From positions 12,372-76,371 of the forward strand of contig CBFCZO010000003.1 in the NCBI GenBank assembly GCA_965602675.1: DNA of 64,000 nucleotides, in the 5' to 3' direction. Below the pieces are notes generated by a model. The model did not search any database, was not told the origin of the DNA, and saw only the letters and a program-made list of their open reading frames with translations. A program made the position numbers and the translations under genes. Positions 36,620 to 46,727 of this stretch are shown in pieces (within the stretch, counting starts at the first letter, position 1; every line of letters starts with the position of its first letter). This DNA comes from an uncultured bacterium (lineage in GTDB: Bacteria; Acidobacteriota; DATKUA01).

Positions 36620-38050
36620 CTAGAAAACCGATTTGCGCAGCTTAGACGGGGGTATTCGCATCTCCTCGCGGTATTTGGCCACCGTGCGGCGAGCGATCTT
36701 TAGCCCCTCCTTGTTGAGGAGGGCCATGATCTTGCTGTCGCTGAGCGGCTTGCGAGGATCTTCATTTTCCACAATCTGTCTTATGCGGCGCTTAACCGCC
36801 AGGCTGGAGACGTCCTCTCCAGTCTCGCTTCTGATTCCCGAGCTGAAGAAGAACTTCAGCTCGTAGACTCCGCGCGGGGTGTGAACATACTTGTTCGTCA
36901 CGACCCGGCTGACCGTGCTCTCGTGCATGCCGATGTCGTAAGCGACGTCGCTGAGGATCATCGGTTTGAGGTAGTCGATGCCGTGGTCGAGGAATTCTCT
37001 TTGTTTTTTGACAATGCTCTCGACCACTTTATAGATGGTCCTCTGACGCTGCACGAAGCTCTTCAGCAGCCATTTGGCACTGTTGAGCCGCTCCCGCACG
37101 AAGTTTCGCGTGTTCTCTTTCTCCCCGGAATCCTTCGCGAGAAGTCTCTGGTAGTTTCTGTTGATTCTGAGTTTCGGCAAGTCCTCCTCGTTAAGGATGA
37201 TGCGGTAATCGTCGTCGTCGCGGACGATAAAGACATCCGGTTCGACAAATGTGTTTTCGGTGGCGTTGTATTTGCTTCCCGGTTTGGGATCGAGGCTGCG
37301 GATGATTTCCAGTGCCTCCTGGATCTCCTCGAGCGAGCAGCCGAGCTCCTTGCCGAGCTCGTCGTAGGCGTGGCGTTGCAGGTGGCCGAGGTAGTCGCTC
37401 ACGATCCTGTGAGGCAAGTCGCTTTCCGGCTCGAGATAATCGAGCTGGATCAACAGGCTTTCGCGCAGGTCGTGCGATGCCACCCCCACCGGATCGAACT
37501 GCTGCACCATTCGCAGCACTTCCTCTACCTCTTCTTCTGCGGCGGAAACCAACGCGGCGATCTCCACTGCGGAGGCGCGCAGATAGCCGTCGCTGTTGAG
37601 GTTGCCGATAATGGCCTCTCCAATCTCGCGGGTCCGTTCGTCCTGGGCACTGAATTGCAGTTGCCAGCTCAGGTGGTCAGTAAGGCTGGTGGGCTTGCTC
37701 AACGTTGCGTCGAAGGCCGGTAGCTCGCGTTCCTCGCGCATCGTGCGCCGGTGCTGATACTCGATGTAGTCGGCGAAGAAATAATCCTGGTCTATTTCCT
37801 TGAGCAGCGCCTCGGGGTCGCTGTCGACGCGGTTGGTGACGTCCTCGAGGGCGGCGTCCTCCCGCTCCTCCTTGGTCACTTCGGTCTCGTTGGATACCTC
37901 CTCGAGAACAGGATTCGTGCTCAGTTCTTCCTGGATGAGCTGCTCAAGTTCTACCTTGGAAAGCTGCAGAAGCTTGATCGCCTGCTGCAGGCTCTGCGTC
38001 ATCACCAGGTTCTGGCTCAGCCTGAGATTGAGCTGTTGGCGGATATTCAT
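36620..38050 (-). CDS. rpoN: RNA polymerase sigma-54 factor
   Basis: Region I is QQLNLRLSQNLVMTQSLQQAIKLLQLS. The HTH and RpoN box ARRTVAKYRE lie at the C-terminus. Confidence 0.95.
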   Translation of the reverse strand: MNIRQQLNLRLSQNLVMTQSLQQAIKLLQLSKVELEQLIQEELSTNPVLEEVSNETEVTKEEREDAALEDVTNRVDSDPEALLKEIDQDYFFADYIEYQHRRTMREERELPAFDATLSKPTSLTDHLSWQLQFSAQDERTREIGEAIIGNLNSDGYLRASAVEIAALVSAAEEEVEEVLRMVQQFDPVGVASHDLRESLLIQLDYLEPESDLPHRIVSDYLGHLQRHAYDELGKELGCSLEEIQEALEIIRSLDPKPGSKYNATENTFVEPDVFIVRDDDDYRIILNEEDLPKLRINRNYQRLLAKDSGEKENTRNFVRERLNSAKWLLKSFVQRQRTIYKVVESIVKKQREFLDHGIDYLKPMILSDVAYDIGMHESTVSRVVTNKYVHTPRGVYELKFFFSSGIRSETGEDVSSLAVKRRIRQIVENEDPRKPLSDSKIMALLNKEGLKIARRTVAKYREEMRIPPSKLRKSVF

Positions 38051-38060
38051 ATTGGTCGTC

Positions 38061-38801
38061 TCAGTTCATCCTGAAGTCTTTGCCCAGGAAGACCTCGCGT
38101 ACCTGCCGGTCTTTCTCCAGCTCGGCGGGCGTGCCGGCACGGAGAATTCTTCCGTCGCTGATTATGTACGCGCGATCGGTGATGTGGAAGGTCTCCCGGA
38201 CGTTGTGGTCGGTAATGAGGATTCCGATGCCTTTTTCTCTGAGTTGTTTGATCAGTTTCTGGATGTCGGCTACGGCGATCGGGTCGATACCGGCGAATGG
38301 CTCGTCCAGCAGGATGAAGGACGGCGAGATCACTAGCGCCCGTGCGATCTCGGCTCTGCGCCGCTCGCCTCCGCTGAGCGTGAAGGCTTTGCTTTTTGCG
38401 AGGTGCATAATTCCCAGCTCGGTGAGGAGTTGGCGCAGCCTCTCGCGCCTGCGCGCGGTGCTGATATTGAGAGTCTGGAGTATGCATAGGAGGTTTTCCT
38501 CGACGGTGAGGCGCCGGAACACCGAAGGCTCCTGAGGCAGGTAGCTGATGCCCTTACGTGCCCTCAGGAAATGGGGCAGATTCGTGATGTCCTCACCGCT
38601 GAGGTAAATACGTCCTTTCGTAGGTTTCGTTTCGCCCACAACCATATAGAATGTAGTAGTTTTGCCTGCTCCGTTGGGCCCTAATAGCCCCACAATTTCG
38701 CCCGGCTCAACATACAGCGAGATTTCATTTACGACTCTTCTTCCGCCGTAAGTTTTTACGAGCTTTTCTGTCTGGAGATGATGCTTGCCGTTGCCGTTCA
38801 T
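38061..38801 (-). CDS. lptB: LPS export ABC transporter ATP-binding protein
   Basis: Walker [15 protein letters not shown], signature LSGGERRR, Walker [13 protein letters not shown]. It sits in the canonical position upstream of rpoN. Confidence 0.93.
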   Translation of the reverse strand: MNGNGKHHLQTEKLVKTYGGRRVVNEISLYVEPGEIVGLLGPNGAGKTTTFYMVVGETKPTKGRIYLSGEDITNLPHFLRARKGISYLPQEPSVFRRLTVEENLLCILQTLNISTARRRERLRQLLTELGIMHLAKSKAFTLSGGERRRAEIARALVISPSFILLDEPFAGIDPIAVADIQKLIKQLREKGIGILITDHNVRETFHITDRAYIISDGRILRAGTPAELEKDRQVREVFLGKDFRMN

Positions 38802-38805
38802 CTGG

Positions 38806-41154
38806 TTAGTTGGTCGTTATTCTCGTTTTCAATAACTGGTCGGCGCGGGCGTCAAATCTGAGTGTATCATTGGCGATATCGAAAGTCAATTTGTGGTGAT
38901 TCGCCTCGAGGCTTCCGCTCTCCTCCAGCTTCACGTTTTTTCCTTGTACCACAAGCACTTGCTCTGCCACGTAGTATTCCGCCTTGTCTCCGCTGATGAC
39001 CTTCGGGCCGATGGTTACGCGCACTGCGCCCTGGGAATAGGAGCGCCGGATGCGTCCTTCCCCGCCAAGTTCGTAACGCAGCCGCTGGCAGGTTATCTGC
39101 ATGTCGCCTTCGTCGGCCTGCACGTTGTTGACCAGACGCAGTACGCCATTCTCCTTGTCGAACTCCAGCAGTCCGGACTGGAGGCGCAACAGCGCCTTTC
39201 CAGTCTCGACATCTACAACCGACTCCCGGCGGCTCCTCCGCTGCCTGCCCTTCGCTTTCCCGGCGGCAGGCTCCTCTCCTAGCTCCTCCTGATTACCTTG
39301 ACCGGCGGCACCCGCCTCTTCTGCCTTGGGGACGACGAGATTGGCGCGCACCTTACCGGTGGCGATCATCCGGCTCTCGATCATGTAGATGGTGAGCGAA
39401 TCGCTGTCGATTGCGCTGTCGCCCTGCAGCACCCGCACTCCCTTGGTGTAGCGCAAGACGTTGTTGTGGTAGTCGAGATTCAGGCTGCCGGCGGCTATGC
39501 TCGTCTCCAACACTTCCTCTCCGATGGCGAAGACGTAAGGCTGTTCATCGTTTTCGGGCGGATAGAACGTGCTGCGCACCGAGCCTTCCGCGGCGAGGTC
39601 GCCGATCCCCAACGTCACAAGCATGTGCTCGGCCTTTACCTGTTTGCCTTTGTCCTTGAGCATCGGGTTGCCGTCGACCTGCAACTCATCCGTCTCACCG
39701 TTGTAGCGCGAGGTCGAGCCCGTCACAACGGTGTCGTCCTGTGTCAGCTCGACGCCGCCGCTCATCAGCACAATGCCGAAGTCGCCGGTTTCGGGATTGA
39801 TCTCGGCGTTAATATCCGGTGCGAGCATAGTTTTTGTCGGACGCTGCTCGATTTCTTGGTTTCGACCGGCCTTGGGCTCGATCGGCCGGACCACCATCTC
39901 TGAAGGCTTTTTACGGCTCGACGCACGCAAGTTGGTGAGTCCTGTTCCGCCCGGCCCTATGACTGCTTCGATCGTATCCGCACTGAGCTTCTTGCTGTTG
40001 GCTTCGCCGGATGCCCGCTGCTCGCGCGTGGGCTCCAGCTTCAGCACAGCCTTGCCCTCAGCCACCAGGCCGCTGAGTTCATTGCTTTCGCCCGTGGTGA
40101 AGTTGAGGGTCAGCCTGTTGCTGGTGAGCGATTTGATGCCAGCCGCTCTTTGAGAGAGTGAAGCAGGTTCGTCGTCCTGTGACAGGCTCTCTGTCGCTTC
40201 TCCATCGGGCTGATTGTCCCGCAGGCGGCTGCGAACACCCCTGGCAATCATGCTGGCGAACTGTGTGTTGTCGTCAGTCAGGGTCGCATCTATACGCTCC
40301 GCTCTCAGCATACCTCCCTGCTGGTTGAGCCTTACTTTCTTTTGGAGCAGGACGTTGTGTCGGCTCTGGTCGTATACCAGCCGCTGGCAATATATCTCCG
40401 TCGGCCGCTGCTCCAAAGGCAGGGTGACGTCTTCCTCAACCTCAAGGTCGTCGTCCTCAACTTCTTCGCCGCCTTCAGGCTCTTCCTCGCTCCCGGTTTC
40501 CACGGTTTCGGGCTCTTCTTCGTCAGGCGACGGCGCCTCCGCATCGATGTCTTGTCCTGGATCGTCATTCTCTTTAGCAGGTGCCGGATTATCAACGTCA
40601 GGGGTGTAGAGGGCTTCGACGTTACCCTGTAGCTCGAGCAGTTGAGTGTCGGTGTTGTAACTAAATTCGTCGGCTTGGCCGGAAAGGTTTTTCAGCATGA
40701 AATTCACTGGTGTCTGAGTGAATATCCGCCTCTTGTTGTCGACGTAGTTGAGGGTCTTGCTGGTCAAATCCAGGCCGTCGGAGGAGACGACATGCACATC
40801 CTGAAACTCGTCCCCCTGCATCTCCATGAATTCCACATCGCTGCCGGCAAAGCGGGTCTGAGCGACCTTGCCGGTGATCTCGACTGTGCGATCCTCGGTC
40901 GTTTGCACCATCCTGAAGTCGCGGAAATGCACCTCGCCGTTCTTGAAGTTTTCCTGCACGGCGGCTGTGACACTCACCGAGCCGATCTCAAGGAAGACGT
41001 CTTCCATCCGGCTGAGCAGTTCGCTTCTCAGCTCTGGCGCGGGCGTGTCGGTCTCGGAGCGCGTGCGCGGCGCCTGGATGTTGATGAAGACATACCACAG
41101 GAACGCTCCGAGGAAGAGCGCCAGCAGTATCTTCACCGTTGTCGAGAGTTTCAT
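38806..41154 (-). CDS. membrane-anchored LptC-like / multi-OstA(LptA)-like fusion protein
   Basis: Single 782-aa ORF in the lptC-lptA slot upstream of lptB. It has an N-terminal TM helix, an LptC-like segment, an acidic linker (residues ~186-243) and several repeats with an OstA-like beta pattern, for example [18 protein letters not shown] and [23 protein letters not shown]. Domain calls are by eye only. Confidence 0.6.
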   Translation of the reverse strand: MKLSTTVKILLALFLGAFLWYVFINIQAPRTRSETDTPAPELRSELLSRMEDVFLEIGSVSVTAAVQENFKNGEVHFRDFRMVQTTEDRTVEITGKVAQTRFAGSDVEFMEMQGDEFQDVHVVSSDGLDLTSKTLNYVDNKRRIFTQTPVNFMLKNLSGQADEFSYNTDTQLLELQGNVEALYTPDVDNPAPAKENDDPGQDIDAEAPSPDEEEPETVETGSEEEPEGGEEVEDDDLEVEEDVTLPLEQRPTEIYCQRLVYDQSRHNVLLQKKVRLNQQGGMLRAERIDATLTDDNTQFASMIARGVRSRLRDNQPDGEATESLSQDDEPASLSQRAAGIKSLTSNRLTLNFTTGESNELSGLVAEGKAVLKLEPTREQRASGEANSKKLSADTIEAVIGPGGTGLTNLRASSRKKPSEMVVRPIEPKAGRNQEIEQRPTKTMLAPDINAEINPETGDFGIVLMSGGVELTQDDTVVTGSTSRYNGETDELQVDGNPMLKDKGKQVKAEHMLVTLGIGDLAAEGSVRSTFYPPENDEQPYVFAIGEEVLETSIAAGSLNLDYHNNVLRYTKGVRVLQGDSAIDSDSLTIYMIESRMIATGKVRANLVVPKAEEAGAAGQGNQEELGEEPAAGKAKGRQRRSRRESVVDVETGKALLRLQSGLLEFDKENGVLRLVNNVQADEGDMQITCQRLRYELGGEGRIRRSYSQGAVRVTIGPKVISGDKAEYYVAEQVLVVQGKNVKLEESGSLEANHHKLTFDIANDTLRFDARADQLLKTRITTN

Positions 41155-41189
41155 CTCTATAATTCTAGCACGAAGGAGGGTTTTTCGCG

Positions 41190-42167
41190 TTAATCTCGCA
41201 TATCAGAGAGTTGGTGGACGTCATCTCCGGCAATAATTGCTTCGCTGACATCGGAATCCTGTCCAATACGTGCTCCGGGGCACACAATACAAGACGTAAT
41301 AGTGCAGTTTTCGCCGACATCCGCCTCTCCTAAAAAGACAACATCGCGGAGGCGACAGTTCCTCCCTACCCGGACGCCTTCGTGCAGGACGCAGTGTTCG
41401 GCGGTGCTGCCCACAACCGCTCCGGGATCGGGGATAATATTACCGCCGGATTCGGGAAGCAACCTCATTGTGGCCGCGAGCAGACGCCTGGCCGAGCCGA
41501 TGTCGATCCAGCGGCCCTGGAAAACGAAACCGCAGAGTTTCTCTCCCGCCGCGATCATCGCCGAGTAGACGTCGCGGACCGAGTCGTATATTTGCCGTGA
41601 CGGTGCGAAGTCGAACCAACGCGGCTCGATGACGTGCAGGCCTGCGAACATCAGATCCGCCCGCCAATCGGTGGGGACATCGCAGATTTCTGCGGGCGAG
41701 CCCTCAATCTGGCGGATTCTGTTTTCGATATCGATCAGCACCTTGCCATAACGATTTTCCAGGTCGGGGCGGAGCACCAGCGTGGCGGCAGCTCCGTTTC
41801 GATTGTGAAATTCTATCGCTTCTCGCGCATCGATGCCGATGACAACATCGGAGTTGATGACGACGAATGTTTCCTCGCCGAAGAAATCGCGCACTTTGCC
41901 GATGCCTCCTCCCGTGCCTAGGATCGGGTCCTCATGCGAATAGCTGATCTTGACTCCCAGGCGGGAACCGTCTCCGAGGACGGCGCGGACCGTCTCGGGC
42001 AGGTGGTGCGTATTGACGACTATCTCCATGACACCCGCGCTGCACAGGACCTCAACGCTGTGCTCAATCATCGGCGCGCCGAGGAAGGGCACAGCAGGCT
42101 TGGCCATGTAACGGCTGATCGGCCCCATCCGCTTTCCGAGGCCTGCGGCAAGGATCATCCCTTTCAT
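41190..42167 (-). CDS. sugar-phosphate nucleotidyltransferase, MurU-like N-domain with C-terminal left-handed beta-helix
   Basis: MKGMILAAGLGKRMGP..KPAVPF and GDGSRLGVKISYS..PILGTGGGI resemble MurU/NTP-transferase. The C-terminal hexapeptide-like repeats include VGENCTITSCIVCPGARIGQ. Start is set at the ATG of MKGMIL. Confidence 0.7.
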   Translation of the reverse strand: MKGMILAAGLGKRMGPISRYMAKPAVPFLGAPMIEHSVEVLCSAGVMEIVVNTHHLPETVRAVLGDGSRLGVKISYSHEDPILGTGGGIGKVRDFFGEETFVVINSDVVIGIDAREAIEFHNRNGAAATLVLRPDLENRYGKVLIDIENRIRQIEGSPAEICDVPTDWRADLMFAGLHVIEPRWFDFAPSRQIYDSVRDVYSAMIAAGEKLCGFVFQGRWIDIGSARRLLAATMRLLPESGGNIIPDPGAVVGSTAEHCVLHEGVRVGRNCRLRDVVFLGEADVGENCTITSCIVCPGARIGQDSDVSEAIIAGDDVHQLSDMRD

Positions 42168-42279
42168 CGTTGCTCGACACTCTCGATTCGCCTGATTGGC
42201 TTGCTCAATTCCTTTTCCTCCGGCCCTTGCCCGCTGGCCTGGGCTCCCGTAACATACCCGAAATTCAGGAGGCAGGGCA

Positions 42280-43266
42280 ATGTCCGGTTCCCTCAAGAAA
42301 AAATTGATTATCGGGCTGGCGCTTGGATTCCTGGTCTATGCCGCGTTCGCATTCTTCTTCGACCTTGACGAGCTCCTGCGCGCCGGCGGGACCTTTCCCT
42401 GGATCATCTTCCCAGTAATTTGCCTGCTGTCGGTGGGCAATTACATCGTGCGGCTCTTCCGCTGGAATTATTACCTCAGGAAGCTCGACATTTCACTTGG
42501 CGGACGCGAAAGCGCAATCGTCTTTTTCGCAGGCCTGGTGATGTCGATTACGCCCGGCAAGTTCGGCGAGCTGCTAAAGAGCCAGTACGTCAAGAATATC
42601 AACGGCACGGCCCGCCGCCGCACCGGCCCGGTGGTCCTGGCTGAGCGGCTCACGGATCTGATCGGAGTGCTGGTGCTGGTGTCTTTCGGAATCTTCCGCC
42701 TCAATTACGGCGAGGTCATCTTCTTCGTGGTGCTTGGCTTAATTGTCATTTCTCTTGCCGTTGTATCTTCCCGTAAGCTTTGCCTCGGCTTGCTGGCTCT
42801 TGCCGCGAAGATCCCGATCGTGGGAAAAGTTGCTGACAAATTGGAGGAAGCCTACAAGAACATCTCCGCGCTGCTGCGCCCAGCGCCGCTGTTTATTTCG
42901 ACGCTCATGTCGATCCTGGCATGGGGTTGCGAGAGCATCGGATTCTATCTGGTTATAAACGCCTTTCCCGAGGTATCACTCAGCTACACCGACGCCCTCT
43001 TCATCTATGCCTTCGCCACGATAGTCGGCGCTGTAACAATGCTACCCGGCGGCTTGGGAATCACTGAGGGTACGATGACCGGCCTGATGGTTCTGCTTCA
43101 CATACCGACCGCGGTCGCGGTTGCTTCCACGTTGATCACTCGCCTGGCGACACTCTGGTTCGCCGTCTTCCTGGGCTTGATAATCACCTTCATCTGGCGC
43201 CGTCTGTTGGAGGGTGGCGGAGGTGTTGAGACCGAAGCGGACGGCACTGAATCACTGTCTTCCTAA
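42280..43266 (+). CDS. UPF0104 / lysyl-PG-synthase-TM-like (flippase-like) membrane protein
   Basis: AGGAGG SD before the ATG. Eight hydrophobic segments, with motifs ITPGKFGELLKS and LPGGLGITEGTM typical of the family. Paralog of the partial gene at 1-948. Confidence 0.65.
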   Translation: MSGSLKKKLIIGLALGFLVYAAFAFFFDLDELLRAGGTFPWIIFPVICLLSVGNYIVRLFRWNYYLRKLDISLGGRESAIVFFAGLVMSITPGKFGELLKSQYVKNINGTARRRTGPVVLAERLTDLIGVLVLVSFGIFRLNYGEVIFFVVLGLIVISLAVVSSRKLCLGLLALAAKIPIVGKVADKLEEAYKNISALLRPAPLFISTLMSILAWGCESIGFYLVINAFPEVSLSYTDALFIYAFATIVGAVTMLPGGLGITEGTMTGLMVLLHIPTAVAVASTLITRLATLWFAVFLGLIITFIWRRLLEGGGGVETEADGTESLSS

Positions 43267-43308
43267 TATTCAAGAGTGAAAGGCACCAGCCTGGACGCTG
43301 ACGCTGAA

Positions 43309-44886
43309 TCAGATGTCCACGATGGTGTGGAACTGGTGGCGGCGCCAGTTACGGTCGTCCTTTTTCGGGAAATCAGTGCGAAAGTGGGCTCCGCGACTTT
43401 CCGTTCTACGGATGGCGAACGAGGCGATGATGTCTCCCACCATGGCCATATTTCTCATCTCCAACCATTCACGATCGGGCACGAGCAGGTCGGTATCCGC
43501 CCGAAGGGGCTTGAGCCATTCCCGCGCTTCCTCGAGAGTCGTTCCGCAGCGCTCTATGCCGACACGCCGCAGCATCAGGTCGCCCATCTTGGACCGGGTT
43601 TTCTCAAGCCAATCTTTGTCCTTGTCGGCAGGCCGATCAGCGATTTTCGGCGCGGGAGGCGCGTTGCCCGGTTGCTCAAGGGTATCTTCCAGCATCGCCT
43701 CTCCGCAGCGTCCGCCGAATACCAGGCCTTCCAACAGGGAATTAGAGGCCAACCTGTTGGCGCCGTGCACTCCGGTGCAGGCAACCTCGCCCGCGGCGTA
43801 AAGGCCGGGTATCGCTGTTCTCCCCCAACGGTCGGTGCGCACGCCTCCCATGCTGTAGTGAGCCGCGGGAAGGACCGGAATCTGATCGGTGGCGAGGTCC
43901 AGTCGGTATTCCTGAAGCGTTTCGAAGATCATCGGGAAGCGCTGCCGGGCGAAGTCGGGATCGAGTGCACTGAGATCGAGATATATTCGCTCGTCCCCCT
44001 GTTTGCGCACCTCGGCCATGATCGAACGGGCCACCACGTCACGCGGCGCCATCTCGGCGTCGGGGTGATAGTCCTTCATGAATCTATTTCCCTCGCCGTT
44101 GCGCAGCACGCCCCCCTCGCCGCGTATCGCCTCGGTCAGGAGAAAGTTTGGCGCTCCCGGCAGGTTCAGAGTTGTGGGGTGGAATTGGATGAACTCCATG
44201 TCCATCAACTCCGCACCGGCACGGGCGGCGATGGCGACGCCGTCGCATGTCGCGAACGGGGGATTGGAAGTGATTCGGTAGAGGCGGCCGCATCCGCCGG
44301 TAGCGAGCATTACGCGTCCCGCGAGCAGTGGAAAAAACCTGCTGGTATTAGTATCCAGCACCCAAACGCCCGCACAGCGGCCGTTGTCGTCTACAAGCAG
44401 GTCGACAGTGAATAGATAGTCAAGCAGCTTGATCTGAGGAATCGTTTTTGCCTTGGAGCCAAGCGCACGCACTATCTCGCGGCCCGTGGAATCGCCGCGG
44501 GAGTGTAGCACCCGCCGGGTGCTGTGGGCGGCCTCGCGCGTGAAGGAAAGTCTGCCGCCCTCCCGATCGAATTCCGCGCCCCAATCAATCAGTTCAAGTA
44601 TATAAGCAGGCCCCTCTCGGACCATTGTCCTCACTGCCACTTCGTCGCAGAGCCCGTCGCCGGCCGCGATCGTATCTTCCTGGTGCAGTCCGATGCGGTC
44701 TTCATCGCCGAGGGCGACAGCCACGCCTCCCTGGGCCTGCTCGCTGCTCGATTCGTGGAGTGCATCCTTGGAGAGGACGGCTACGCTGCCCGCTTGCGAT
44801 ACTTCGATCGCCGCCCTCAGGCCGGCCACTCCGCTGCCGATGACGATGAAATCCCAGCGGTCACTCGCAATACCGGTCGCGCACAT
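43309..44886 (-). CDS. nadB: L-aspartate oxidase
   Basis: FAD-binding motif DFIVIGSGVAGLRAA, plus AQGGVAVAL and HYSMGGV, with a succinate-DH/fumarate-reductase flavoprotein-like C-terminus. 525 aa. Confidence 0.93.
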   Translation of the reverse strand: MCATGIASDRWDFIVIGSGVAGLRAAIEVSQAGSVAVLSKDALHESSSEQAQGGVAVALGDEDRIGLHQEDTIAAGDGLCDEVAVRTMVREGPAYILELIDWGAEFDREGGRLSFTREAAHSTRRVLHSRGDSTGREIVRALGSKAKTIPQIKLLDYLFTVDLLVDDNGRCAGVWVLDTNTSRFFPLLAGRVMLATGGCGRLYRITSNPPFATCDGVAIAARAGAELMDMEFIQFHPTTLNLPGAPNFLLTEAIRGEGGVLRNGEGNRFMKDYHPDAEMAPRDVVARSIMAEVRKQGDERIYLDLSALDPDFARQRFPMIFETLQEYRLDLATDQIPVLPAAHYSMGGVRTDRWGRTAIPGLYAAGEVACTGVHGANRLASNSLLEGLVFGGRCGEAMLEDTLEQPGNAPPAPKIADRPADKDKDWLEKTRSKMGDLMLRRVGIERCGTTLEEAREWLKPLRADTDLLVPDREWLEMRNMAMVGDIIASFAIRRTESRGAHFRTDFPKKDDRNWRRHQFHTIVDI

Positions 44887-45070
44887 GCGGGGACTCCACT
44901 GATCATTTTTTCCAACTATATCATAAATTCATTCATATGTGTGATTTATGAGGACCTGCAGGATGCCGATAAGAATATATGGTTTGCCTAGCCTTGATCG
45001 GTGTGCTATATAGTTATTGAATCTGTTTGTTCCTGTTTTGGCGAGTAGACGAGGAGATCATTACATAATT

Positions 45071-45373
45071 ATGAACGTCGAAGAGAAGTTGAAGGTTTTG
45101 CTGCGAGAGCTCTCCTCCGCCATCAGCCGTTCCCTTTCCACACCGGAGAATCTGGCCCGCCTGGATGTGCTGCAGAAAAGCGGATACGAGATCTATCTGA
45201 TCCTTGAAGCGACCGAGGAGAATTCCGGCAAGTTGAATCCCACGCCGATAGTTCCGCTCCCTCTCCGCCCGGAACCACAGAAGACCGCCGCTCAGCAAAA
45301 GAAGCCCTTCTTGTTCGAGTTGAGCGAAGAAGACAAGGATTTCCTGCGGACGCTGAAGATTAAAGTCGACTAG
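45071..45373 (+). CDS. small hypothetical protein
   Basis: 100-aa ORF with G/C-rich third codon positions on this strand. No clear SD and no family recognised. The competing minus-strand ORF is largely a shadow of the neighbouring gene. Confidence 0.35.
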   Translation: MNVEEKLKVLLRELSSAISRSLSTPENLARLDVLQKSGYEIYLILEATEENSGKLNPTPIVPLPLRPEPQKTAAQQKKPFLFELSEEDKDFLRTLKIKVD

Positions 45374-45414
45374 CCAGGGATACCTGGAGACCCCGACCGC
45401 GCATTCAGCCCATG

Positions 45415-46302
45415 TTAATGGATCTTTACTCGTATCCCGAAGTGTCGGCAGACTGCAGCTGCAATCCCCGTGATTGAGGAGATTCCATCGAAAAGCCGTT
45501 CTGCGCCGTCGCCCCAGGCAGCCAGAGGCACATCGTTGTTCGTATGCGAGCGTGAGGATTCGTCCTCGATATTCCCGTGGTCGCTGCAAAGGGCGATGCA
45601 GTGGCGATCAAGGTCTGCTTCGGCGAGCAGTGCGGCGATCATACTGTCCAGAGAAGTTAAAACTTCTTCGGGCGAGCGGTTTATTCTCTTGTGCGCGGCG
45701 GCATCGGTGAGGAAATATTCGTAGAGGATGAAATCGTAATCGTTGAGCATTGCCGCAAGGCTCTCCGCCGAAACTACCGGATTTTGCTCCGGAACATCGA
45801 AGCCTGAATGAACCAGCACGCGATTCGTGAAATCCTGATAGACGGCCTCGCCGGAAGGAATCTGCCATATCCAGCGCGGTTTCATGCCCGCGTAAAGCAT
45901 ATGCAGGGTGGTCGCGCTCATTCTGCTGACCGGCCGGAGGAAGTAAGCCGGTGAGAAAGCGTTGGCGAAAGTAGCTCTCAGCCCGGCTCGCGTCAGACGA
46001 ATGAAGATGCTGTCTTCCCTGAGTAGCCCGCGCAGCTTTCTGTTCGGCCAACCGCTCAGGTGAGCTCCCACTAATTCGGCCGTGTTGACTCCCGTGAAAA
46101 TAGCAGTCTGGCCCGTGGCGCTTTGCGGCTTGCCGTCGACGCCCATGGTGGTGTCGGCGCTGCGCAATAGACCTCCCTGGTAATCGTAGCTGTCGATGGA
46201 ATCCTTGTAGAAGGCCAGGGCACGCACATCGGCCGTTTGTAACGGATTGCCCCGGCGCGCTCCGAGGCCGAGGCCGTCGATAAAAAGCAATAGTAAGGAC
46301 AT
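45415..46302 (-). CDS. alkaline-phosphatase-superfamily metalloenzyme (phosphomutase-like)
   Basis: The N-terminus LLLLFIDGLGLG carries the metal-binding Asp, and the C-terminal CSDHGNIED motif is typical of cofactor-independent mutase/AP-superfamily proteins. Start is set at the ATG of MSLLLL. Confidence 0.55.
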   Translation of the reverse strand: MSLLLLFIDGLGLGARRGNPLQTADVRALAFYKDSIDSYDYQGGLLRSADTTMGVDGKPQSATGQTAIFTGVNTAELVGAHLSGWPNRKLRGLLREDSIFIRLTRAGLRATFANAFSPAYFLRPVSRMSATTLHMLYAGMKPRWIWQIPSGEAVYQDFTNRVLVHSGFDVPEQNPVVSAESLAAMLNDYDFILYEYFLTDAAAHKRINRSPEEVLTSLDSMIAALLAEADLDRHCIALCSDHGNIEDESSRSHTNNDVPLAAWGDGAERLFDGISSITGIAAAVCRHFGIRVKIH

Positions 46303-46366
46303 GGACAAAAGGGGAAGGCGCACACGCCTTCCCCCGCCTGTTAAGCGATTTGTTGCCGGTTCCGCC

Positions 46367-46699
46367 CTACAGGGCGACCTTGACGAAGATGACGGCAAGC
46401 ACGTAGAGCGCGAGCGTCTCGATTAGTACCAGCGTGAGAATGAACGCAGTCTGCAACCTGCCGGCAGCGCTGGGATTACGGCTGACTCCCTCGCAGAAGC
46501 TCTTGACGGAGATTGCCATGGCGATGGCCGCGAACGACGAAACTATAGCCATGCCAAACGCCGACGATATGAACAGCCAAACCTGGGCGGCGCCGTCCGC
46601 GTGGCCAGCCTCGACCGTTTCCTCTTCTTGAGCAAGCGCTGGTGCTGCGATCATCAATAGTGCCAGCAGTGTGATGGGAAAGAGAAATGCTTTATTCAC
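46367..46699 (-). CDS. atpE: F0F1 ATP synthase subunit c with N-terminal signal-peptide-like extension
   Basis: Hairpin core ...EGVSRNPSAAGRLQTAFILTLVLIETLALYVLAVIF has the carboxylate in helix 2. GTG start at 46699 is preceded by GGAGGAGGAAAACC. It lies immediately downstream of atpB. Confidence 0.8.
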   Translation of the reverse strand: MNKAFLFPITLLALLMIAAPALAQEEETVEAGHADGAAQVWLFISSAFGMAIVSSFAAIAMAISVKSFCEGVSRNPSAAGRLQTAFILTLVLIETLALYVLAVIFVKVAL

Positions 46700-46727
46700 G
46701 GTTTTCCTCCTCGCTACACCCTCAATG

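Noticed and set aside
36881-37723. 280-aa plus-strand ORF antisense to rpoN
   Set aside because: It is a shadow ORF. The rpoN identity of the minus strand is certain.
43276-44415. 379-aa plus-strand ORF antisense to nadB
   Set aside because: It is a shadow ORF. nadB on the minus strand has diagnostic FAD-binding and flavoprotein motifs over its full length.
45014-45589. 191-aa minus-strand ORF spanning the small-gene region and the 3' end of the AP-superfamily gene
   Set aside because: Its N-terminal third is out of frame inside the AP-superfamily gene. G/C third-position bias favours the plus-strand 100-aa ORF, which itself gets only low confidence.
46367-46699. Calling the ATP synthase Na+-dependent from the c-subunit sequence
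   Set aside because: Only the helix-2 part of the signature (E, T at +1, Y at +5) is present. The helix-1 Gln equivalent appears to be Met, so ion specificity cannot be decided by eye.
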